This document shows positions 36,448-43,708 of a DNA stretch of 44,861 nucleotides, piece after piece. The notes below the pieces were generated by a model. The model searched no databases. It worked only from the letters and a program-made list of their open reading frames with translations, and was not told where the DNA came from. The stretch lies in assembly GCA_963923225.1 (NCBI GenBank), contig CAWUOA010000001.1:1-44861 (forward strand), read 5' to 3'. The translations under genes were made by a program, and so were the position numbers. This DNA is from an uncultured Planctomycetaceae bacterium. GTDB lineage: Bacteria; Planctomycetota; Planctomycetia; Pirellulales; UBA1268. Position 1 is the first letter of the stretch; the number at the start of each line of letters is the position of its first letter.

Positions 36448-37708
36448 TCCCCGCGTCCTGTTCCTCACGCACTATTTCCCGCCGGAGGGGAACGCACCGG
36501 CGACGCGGGTCCACGCCTTCGCCCGACGGTGGGTGCGGCGACCGGGGGGGCGCCTGGCGACGACGGTGGTCACCTGCGCTCCCAACGTCCCCGACGGGAA
36601 GGTGTACGACGGGTACCGCAACAGGCTCTCCCAGAGGGAGGAGATCGACGGCATCGACGTGATCCGGGTCTGGACGTGGCTCGCGCCGAACGCCGGCACC
36701 ACGCGTCGGATCCTCAACTTCGTCTCCTACATGGTCTCCGCCACGATCCGCTCCCTGTTTCTCCCCAGGCCCGACGTCGTCATCGCCACGAGCCCGCAGT
36801 TCTTCTGCGGCTGGGCCGGGGTGCTCGTGTCGTGGCTGCGGTGGGCCCCCTTCGTCCTCGAGATCCGCGACATCTGGCCCGAGTCGATCCTCGCCGTCGG
36901 CGCGATGCGGAAGGGGCGCCTCGTGCGCCTGCTCGAATGGCTCGAACTGCGGATGTACGCGTCGGCCAACCGGATCGTCACCGTCGGGGAGGGCTACCGT
37001 CGGCAACTCGTGGCCAAGGGTGTTCCCGACGAGCGAATCACGATCGTCACCAACGGCATCGACCGGGAGCGACTCCAGCCCCAGCCCCCCGATCCCGTCC
37101 TCGCCGCCCGCTACAACCCCGACGGCCGCTTCGTCTGCTCCTACATCGGCACCGTCGGGATGGCGGCGGGGCTCGAGGTGGTGGTGCGGGCCGCGGAGCG
37201 GCTCCGCCGTGCCGGCCGCAGCGACGTCCGTTTCCTCGTCGTCGGGGACGGCGCCACGCGCGAGGCGCTGGCGGCGGAGGTGTCGGCCGCCGGGCTCGAT
37301 GACATGGTGACCGTCACCGGACGACAGCCGAAGGAGGCGATGAACGGCTTCCTCTCCATCAGCGACTGCTGCCTCGTGCACCTGCGGAAGACCGACCTCT
37401 TCGAGACCGTCCTGCCGTCGAAGATCTTCGAGGCCGCGGCCCTCGAGCGGCCGATCATCCTCGGAGTGGGGGGGTTCGCCGCCGAACTGATCCGGGAGGC
37501 GGGGTGCGGGCTGTGCATCGAGCCGGAGAACGACGCCGAATTGGTGGCGGCGATCGACACGCTCCGCGGCGATCCGCGTCTGCGGGCCGAGATGGGGGCC
37601 CGGGGGCGCGGGAGCCTTTCGAGCCGGTATGATATCGATCGGCTCGCCGAGGAGTACGCGGCCCTCCTCTGCCGGGTGAGGGCCGACTGGCTCGCCGGCC
37701 GCCGCTGA
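36437..37708 (+). CDS. GT1/GT4-family glycosyltransferase (WcaI-like)
   Basis: ATG 36437 (11-nt overlap). RVLFLTHYFPPEGNAPATR..., the ICE...WPES pattern, YIGTVGMAAGLE, LPSKIFEAAALERPII. Confidence 0.85.
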   Translation: MTRDPRVLFLTHYFPPEGNAPATRVHAFARRWVRRPGGRLATTVVTCAPNVPDGKVYDGYRNRLSQREEIDGIDVIRVWTWLAPNAGTTRRILNFVSYMVSATIRSLFLPRPDVVIATSPQFFCGWAGVLVSWLRWAPFVLEIRDIWPESILAVGAMRKGRLVRLLEWLELRMYASANRIVTVGEGYRRQLVAKGVPDERITIVTNGIDRERLQPQPPDPVLAARYNPDGRFVCSYIGTVGMAAGLEVVVRAAERLRRAGRSDVRFLVVGDGATREALAAEVSAAGLDDMVTVTGRQPKEAMNGFLSISDCCLVHLRKTDLFETVLPSKIFEAAALERPIILGVGGFAAELIREAGCGLCIEPENDAELVAAIDTLRGDPRLRAEMGARGRGSLSSRYDIDRLAEEYAALLCRVRADWLAGRR

Positions 37709-37739
37709 CCGCCCCCGAGAGACGGAGACCGAATCGTTC

Positions 37740-38960
37740 ATGGCCCCGCCCGTATCCGGAAAAGTGTGTGTCGTCGGTCTCGGCTACGTCGGACTGCCGA
37801 CGGCGGCAGTGCTGGCCTCTCGCGGTTACGACGTCCATGGCGTCGACGTCAACCCGAAGGCCGTGGAGACGATCAATTCCGGCAAGGCCCACATCGTCGA
37901 GCCCGATCTCGATCTGCTCGTGCGCGCCGCCGTCCAAACCGGCAAGCTCACGGCCCACCCGGCGCCGGCCCCCGCCGACGTGTTCATGATCTGCGTCCCG
38001 ACGCCGTTCAAGGGGGACCACGAGCCCGACCTCTCGTACGTCGAGTCGGCGACGCGGCTGATCTGCCCGCACCTGAAACCGGGCAACCTCGTGGTGCTCG
38101 AGTCGACGAGCCCCCCCGGCACGACGGAACTCATGGCGCGGATCGTCGCGAGTGAGGCGGGGCTCGACTGCACGCAGGTGCACTTCGCGCACGCACCGGA
38201 GAGGGTGCTGCCCGGCAAGGTACTCCGCGAGATCGTGGAGAACGACCGGATCATCGGCGGCCTCGACGACGCCGCCACGCAGGCCTGCGTCGCCTTCTAC
38301 TCGACCTTCGTGTCGGGCGAGATCCACACCACCGGCGCCCGTACCGCCGAGACGGCGAAGCTCGTGGAGAACGCCTACCGGGACGTCAACATCGCCTTCG
38401 CCAACGAGCTCTCGCTCCTGGCCGACGAGCTCTCGCTCGACGTCTGGGAGCTGATCCGCCTGGCCAACCGCCACCCGCGCGTGAACATCCTCTCCCCGGG
38501 GTGCGGCGTGGGGGGCCACTGCATCGCGGTCGACCCTTGGTTCCTCGTCCACGCGGCTCCGGCGGTCACACGGCTGATCCGCACCGGTCGCGAGGTCAAC
38601 GACTTCAAGCCGGAATGGGTCGTCGAAAGGGTGAAGAAGAAGGCGGCACGGTTCAAGCATCCGAAGGTGGCTTGCCTGGGCCTGGCCTACAAGCCGGACA
38701 TCGACGACCTCCGCGAGTCCCCGGCGGTGCACGTCGTGGAGCGGCTGCTCGCCGACAGGGAACTGGGTGCCGACGTCGCCGTCGTCGAGCCCTACGTCTC
38801 CTCCCACCCGCGTTTTCCGCTGGTGCCGCTCGACGAGGCACTCGCCGATGCCGACATCATCCTCGTCCTGTGCGCCCACAGGCAATTCCGGAAGATCGCC
38901 CCCTCCCTGCTCGCCGAGAAAATCGTGATCGACACGTGCGGCGCGCTCCGCACGAACTGA
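37740..38960 (+). CDS. wecC: UDP-N-acetyl-D-mannosamine dehydrogenase (nucleotide-sugar 6-dehydrogenase family)
   Basis: VCVVGLGYVGLPTA (NAD-binding), a catalytic Cys region (GCGVGGHCIAVDP), about 406 aa, and the nearby wecB all favour WecC/Cap5O over Ugd. The specificity is an inference. Confidence 0.78.
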   Translation: MAPPVSGKVCVVGLGYVGLPTAAVLASRGYDVHGVDVNPKAVETINSGKAHIVEPDLDLLVRAAVQTGKLTAHPAPAPADVFMICVPTPFKGDHEPDLSYVESATRLICPHLKPGNLVVLESTSPPGTTELMARIVASEAGLDCTQVHFAHAPERVLPGKVLREIVENDRIIGGLDDAATQACVAFYSTFVSGEIHTTGARTAETAKLVENAYRDVNIAFANELSLLADELSLDVWELIRLANRHPRVNILSPGCGVGGHCIAVDPWFLVHAAPAVTRLIRTGREVNDFKPEWVVERVKKKAARFKHPKVACLGLAYKPDIDDLRESPAVHVVERLLADRELGADVAVVEPYVSSHPRFPLVPLDEALADADIILVLCAHRQFRKIAPSLLAEKIVIDTCGALRTN

Positions 38961-38967
38961 ACCCACA

Positions 38968-39990
38968 ATGGCAGTCCGCATCCACTTCGCGGGTCTGGTG
39001 CCGGGACAACCGCTCGTGCACGTCGCCTGGGCGGCATTCGCCGGGGACGAGCGACTGTCGTCGTCGACCGTCATGCACTTCGGCCGCGAACTGGCGGACG
39101 TGTTCGATCGTCACTGGTCCGTGGCCCCGACCGTCGCCGACTGCGACGTCGTCGTCTATCCCCACAGCTACGTCGACGGAGCCGAGACGGCGGCCGTCGC
39201 CGAGACGGCGCGGAGGGCCGGCAAACCATGCCTGTTCTTCAGCCAGGACGAGCGCATTCCCCCGTCGTCGTTGAGCTACGGGGCCTTGTACCGCAGTTCC
39301 ATCTTCGAGCGACGCCCCAACGAACGCTGCCATCCCGTCTTCATCCTCGACGCCATTGAGGAGACTCACGGCACGTTTCCGGAGACGCTTCCCAAGGAGA
39401 GCGCACCCCGGATCGGATTCTGCGGCTACGTGGGAACGCCGCTGGGAAGGCTCGCCTTGCGAATGCTCGGCGCGAAACAGAAGGTGGACGGACTCTTTCT
39501 GAGAGCCCGCGTCCTGTCCGCCCTGCGCGAAGACCCCCGCCTTCGCTGTGAGTTCGTCGCCCGGGCCAGCTATCTCGGCCGTGCGCCGTTGTCGGCGTTC
39601 GACAAGTCGCATCCGCTCACGGCGGAGCGGGACGTTTTCCTCCACAATCTCTTCACCTGTCCCTACGCGCTGGCGATGCGAGGGAAGGGCAACCACTCGG
39701 TCCGCTTCTACGAGATCCTCTCGGCGGGGCGGATTCCGCTGTTCTTCAACACGCGATGCGTGCTGCCGCTCGAGAACGAGATCGACTGGCGCGATCTGGT
39801 CGCCTGGGTCGAGGAGAGCGAACTGCCGGTGATCGGGGACCGTATCCTCCGCTTCCATGAGTCTCTCGATCCCGAGGCCTTCGAGGAGCGACAGCGAAGG
39901 ATCCGGCAGGTGTGGCAGACCCGGCTGATGCCGGAACCGTTCTTCGTGCACGTCCTCGACACCGTCGCCAGAGGCGAACCGGCCCCCTGA
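38968..39990 (+). CDS. exostosin-like (GT47-type) glycosyltransferase
   Basis: 340 aa. The C-terminal region FCGYVG..., YALAMRGKGNHSVRFYEILSAGRIPLFFNT...PLENEIDWRDLVAWVEE resembles the exostosin-family signature. Confidence 0.6.
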   Translation: MAVRIHFAGLVPGQPLVHVAWAAFAGDERLSSSTVMHFGRELADVFDRHWSVAPTVADCDVVVYPHSYVDGAETAAVAETARRAGKPCLFFSQDERIPPSSLSYGALYRSSIFERRPNERCHPVFILDAIEETHGTFPETLPKESAPRIGFCGYVGTPLGRLALRMLGAKQKVDGLFLRARVLSALREDPRLRCEFVARASYLGRAPLSAFDKSHPLTAERDVFLHNLFTCPYALAMRGKGNHSVRFYEILSAGRIPLFFNTRCVLPLENEIDWRDLVAWVEESELPVIGDRILRFHESLDPEAFEERQRRIRQVWQTRLMPEPFFVHVLDTVARGEPAP

Positions 39991-40005
39991 CCCAGGCGTT
40001 CATCG

Positions 40006-41160
40006 ATGACCAGAGCACGTATCGCCGTCTTCGTCGGCACCCGGCCCGAAGCCATCAAAATGGCGCCGGTCATCAAGGCGCTGGAGAAGGCCGAGGGCCT
40101 CGAACCGGTCGTCGTTTCCACCGGCCAACACCGGGAGATGCTCCGTCAGGTGGTGGATCTGTTCGAACTTCCGATCCACCACACGCTCGACGTGATGCAG
40201 CCCGACCAGACGCTCGCGGGTCTCTCGTCGCGTCTGCTCGCCGCCATCGACGGGTCGCTCGAGGCGATCCGCCCCGAGATGGCCTTGGTCCAGGGAGACA
40301 CGACGACGGTCCTCATGGCGGCGCTGGCGTGCTATTACCGCCGCATCCCGATCGGCCACGTCGAAGCGGGGCTGCGTACCGGCGACATCCATTCGCCGTT
40401 CCCCGAGGAAGCGAACCGGAAGTTGGCGTCGCCCCTGGTCACGCTGCACTTCGCCCCGACCCAGGGGGCCGCTGACAATCTCCTCCGCGAGGGGATCCCC
40501 CCCTCCACGATCCACGTCACCGGCAACACGGTGATCGACGCGCTGTTCATGGAAGTCGAGCGACAGAGGCGACCGGAGGTCCGGGACGCGATTTCCGGCC
40601 GTCTCGACGCGCTCCTCGGATCGGATCGGCGGGATCGGCCGTACGTGCTCGTCACCGGCCACCGTCGCGAGAACTTCGGCGGCGGCTTCGACGAGATCTG
40701 CGACGCGCTCGCCCTCTTGGCGGACCGATTCGCCGACCACGACTTCATCTATCCGGTCCACCTCAACCCGAACGTCCAGAAGCCGGTCTACCAGCGTCTC
40801 GCCGGTCGGCCGAACATCCGGCTCGTCGCTCCGCAGGCCTACGCCGAGTTCGTGGCGCTGATGCACGCCAGCCGCCTGATCCTCACCGATTCGGGGGGCG
40901 TGCAGGAGGAGGCTCCGAGCCTGGGCAAGCCCGTACTCGTCATGCGGGACACCACCGAACGGCCGGAGGCGGTCGCGGCGGGCACCGTGGAGTTGGTCGG
41001 CGCCCGTGCGGACAGGATCGTCGAGCGGGTCACGGCGCTCCTCGGCGACGCCGATCTCTACAAGCGGATGAGCGAGGCGATCAATCCGTACGGCGACGGC
41101 CACGCGGCGGGGCGAATCGTCGCGGCCGTGCGTCGTGCCGTCATCGGAGCCGGAACATGA
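40006..41160 (+). CDS. wecB: non-hydrolysing UDP-N-acetylglucosamine 2-epimerase
   Basis: IAVFVGTRPEAIKMAPV..., TGQHREML, VQGDTTT, HVEAGLRT, TDSGGVQEEAPSLGKPVLVMRDTTERPE are near-canonical WecB/MnaA motifs. Confidence 0.92.
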   Translation: MTRARIAVFVGTRPEAIKMAPVIKALEKAEGLEPVVVSTGQHREMLRQVVDLFELPIHHTLDVMQPDQTLAGLSSRLLAAIDGSLEAIRPEMALVQGDTTTVLMAALACYYRRIPIGHVEAGLRTGDIHSPFPEEANRKLASPLVTLHFAPTQGAADNLLREGIPPSTIHVTGNTVIDALFMEVERQRRPEVRDAISGRLDALLGSDRRDRPYVLVTGHRRENFGGGFDEICDALALLADRFADHDFIYPVHLNPNVQKPVYQRLAGRPNIRLVAPQAYAEFVALMHASRLILTDSGGVQEEAPSLGKPVLVMRDTTERPEAVAAGTVELVGARADRIVERVTALLGDADLYKRMSEAINPYGDGHAAGRIVAAVRRAVIGAGT

Positions 41161-42320
41161 CGACGAAGCGGGTCATGGTCGCGGGATGCTTCGACTTGCT
41201 GCACGCCAGCCACGTCGTCTTCCTGAAGAAGGCCGCCACGCTCGGCGATCTGTACGTGTCGCTCGGCGCCGACCAGTCCATCGTGCGCCAGAAGAACAAG
41301 TCCCCGACCTACAACCAAGAGGAGCGGAAGTACCTCCTCGAGAACTTGCGCTGCGTGACGTGGGTGGGAATCGTCACCGATCCCGGACCGACCGGCTTCG
41401 AGGAGCACATCGCGGAAATCCGACCGGACATCTTCGTGATCAACGAGGACGGCGACACTCCCGAGAAGCGCGCCGTCTGCCAGCGATTCGGCGTCGAGTA
41501 CCGCGTCTTTCCCCGGGACCACTTCGATCCCTCGGCCCCGACCTCGACGACGCAGATTTCGCAGGGCGATTTTCTCCCCACGCGCGTCAGTCTGTGCAGT
41601 GGATTCATGGACAATCCCGCATTCAACGGGAGCACCTCGGGGGGCGTCGGCAGTCTGGTGGTGTTGCCGATCGAGCCCATCCCGGGGATGCACGCCCGTT
41701 CCGGGATGGCCACGAGCACGATCAAGACCGTCCGCAAGTATTTCGGCTGCAGATTGCCCACGATCTACGACGTCGACCGCCTCGCCGAGATCATCTTCTG
41801 CCTGGAGAATCCGCCCCACAAGCGGGGCTACATCTCCGGAACGCTCGATGCCCGCGGCATCCTCGGGCACGGCGCGAGCATGTTCACCTACAGGGCGACC
41901 AAGTACTTTCCCCACGAGATCGAGACGCTCCGCGACGAACCCACCCTCTCCTGGCTGGAGCGACACCTCTATCTCAAGCATTCCTTCGACCGCCCCGAAG
42001 ACTGCATCGTCAGCGTGAGACACGACCATCCGGAGTTCCAGCATCATTGCGACACGATGCAGGAAGCGAGCCTGCAGTGCTGGGCCGCCATCCGGGAGCG
42101 GGATCTCGACTCGCTCTCCGACGCGATCACCAGATCCCATCTTTCGCAAAGCGCCGTCGTCCAGAACCATTGCCCTCCACGCCTCCGCGAGTTCATCGCA
42201 CAGGAGCGTCGGAGAGGGGCGAACGTCATGGGAGCGGGCGGTGGGGGATACGTGGTCTTCGCGGCCGAGGAGATACCCGCCGACGCCATACCCATCCGCA
42301 TCAAACGTGCCGACTTCTGA
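41157..42320 (+). CDS. fusion protein: N-terminal cytidylyltransferase-like nucleotidyltransferase + C-terminal GHMP-kinase-like domain
   Basis: ATGA overlap with wecB. N-terminal domain: VMVAGCFDLLHASH (HxGH-type motif reads HASH at 41202-41213) and TSTTQI (ISTT-like). C-terminal domain: RSGMATST (degenerate GHMP motif II) and GAGGGGY (motif III, 42230-42250). Confidence 0.8.
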   Translation: MTTKRVMVAGCFDLLHASHVVFLKKAATLGDLYVSLGADQSIVRQKNKSPTYNQEERKYLLENLRCVTWVGIVTDPGPTGFEEHIAEIRPDIFVINEDGDTPEKRAVCQRFGVEYRVFPRDHFDPSAPTSTTQISQGDFLPTRVSLCSGFMDNPAFNGSTSGGVGSLVVLPIEPIPGMHARSGMATSTIKTVRKYFGCRLPTIYDVDRLAEIIFCLENPPHKRGYISGTLDARGILGHGASMFTYRATKYFPHEIETLRDEPTLSWLERHLYLKHSFDRPEDCIVSVRHDHPEFQHHCDTMQEASLQCWAAIRERDLDSLSDAITRSHLSQSAVVQNHCPPRLREFIAQERRRGANVMGAGGGGYVVFAAEEIPADAIPIRIKRADF

Positions 42321-42508
42321 CCTTTCCGGATCCGCGGTCATGGATCCTCGTCATGCCCCGGCACGGTCGGCATCCTCCCGACCGGCCGTACGATCGGACC
42401 GGATTCCAGACGCCACCAATCGACTCTGTCGCCGCGACGACGGCAGGTGGACATCCCGGCGAGAGGACCGACCGTCGTAGCCGCGTCATTCGCCCCCCAT
42501 CACCATCC

Positions 42509-43708
42509 ATGACCATCCGCGTAAACTCCGTCATCTGTGGAATATTCCACTACCGCAAGTACATCGGCGACTACAGTCGCAGCGGGCAACTCCAGGCCTT
42601 CTATTACTCCCACCGTCGCTCCACCACCGCCGAGACGCTGGGCATCGTGTCGGGCAAGGCGATCAACTTGTGGCTCAAGGAGTACCTGCTGGCCTCCGCG
42701 TACAGACTGCCGGCCCAGTGGCGGGCTCACGATCGGATCGGGCCGACGGTCCACCGATGGTGGGAGCGACAGGTCTTGCGACGCTGGATCCCCTGTGACC
42801 TGCTCCACCTCCACCTCCTCGGCACCGCGAATCGGGTTCTCGACCGCGCCCGCTCGGAAGGCGCCGTGACGATGGGCGAACCCGTGATGTGCCATCCGGT
42901 CACGCTGGACCGAATCCTCGCCGAGGAGCACGATCTTCTCGGCATCCCCCGGCAGCGCCTCGATCTTCTTTTCGCGTCACTGGTGGAGGAGATCCCGAAG
43001 TGTGACTATCTCGTGGCCGGATCACGGGCCGTGAGGGATTCCTACGTCGCGAGGGGATATCCCTCCGATCGCATCAGGGCGATTTCTTACGGGGTCGACG
43101 CGACACGTTTCACGCCACTTTCCGAGGCGGAGAAGGCCGCCTGTGCCGACGGCAAGTTTCGGGTGATCTGCGTCGCTCAGATCACCCCGCGGAAGGGCAT
43201 TCACTACCTGCTCGAGGCGTGGGCGCGACTCGGCCTGCCCGCGAACGAATCCGAGCTCCTCCTCGTCGGCCCGGTCGCGGAGTCACTGGAGCCGGTGATG
43301 CGCCGATACGCCGGTAGTTACACCCACCTGCCGCACGTGCCCCACGAACGACTGAGGTTCTACTACGGCAAGTCCAGCGTCTTCGTCTTGCCCAGTGTCG
43401 AGGATGGATTCGGCCTCGTCACGGCGGAGGCGATGGCCTGCGGGCTTCCCGTGGTGGTCAGCGACGCCGCCGGCAGCGCCGATCTCGTCGAGCACGGCGT
43501 CAGCGGCTTCGTCGTGCCTTCCCGGTCCGCGGAGGCGATCATGGAAGCCCTCGACACCCTCTATCGTGACCCCGAACGCCGTGTCGCCATGGGCCGACGG
43601 AGCCTCGCCCTCTGCGGGGCGCACGATTGGTCAGCCTTCGCATCGCAACTCGCCGCCTACCATCGCGATGCGGTGGAAAGTCGCACCGGAGGGGTCGCCG
43701 CCCGATGA
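42509..43708 (+). CDS. GT1/GT4-family glycosyltransferase
   Basis: ATG 42509; the track shows it only as the tail of the run-on ORF 41135-43708. FRVICVAQITPRKGIHYLL..., VLPSVEDGFGLVTAEAMACGLPVVVSD (EX7E). Confidence 0.85.
   Translation: MTIRVNSVICGIFHYRKYIGDYSRSGQLQAFYYSHRRSTTAETLGIVSGKAINLWLKEYLLASAYRLPAQWRAHDRIGPTVHRWWERQVLRRWIPCDLLHLHLLGTANRVLDRARSEGAVTMGEPVMCHPVTLDRILAEEHDLLGIPRQRLDLLFASLVEEIPKCDYLVAGSRAVRDSYVARGYPSDRIRAISYGVDATRFTPLSEAEKAACADGKFRVICVAQITPRKGIHYLLEAWARLGLPANESELLLVGPVAESLEPVMRRYAGSYTHLPHVPHERLRFYYGKSSVFVLPSVEDGFGLVTAEAMACGLPVVVSDAAGSADLVEHGVSGFVVPSRSAEAIMEALDTLYRDPERRVAMGRRSLALCGAHDWSAFASQLAAYHRDAVESRTGGVAAR

Noticed and set aside
42340-42480. Small ORF (46 aa from ATG 42340) in the 188-nt gap between the NTase-GHMP fusion and the last GT, along with hairpins built from the GGATCC sites (starting around 42328) and CGGUCGG/CCGACCG (starting around 42364).
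   Set aside because: The peptide is Arg/Ser/Pro-rich with no SD sequence and no motif. The hairpins lack U-tracts. The gap is probably just a spacer or an internal regulatory or processing site, which I cannot support further from sequence alone.
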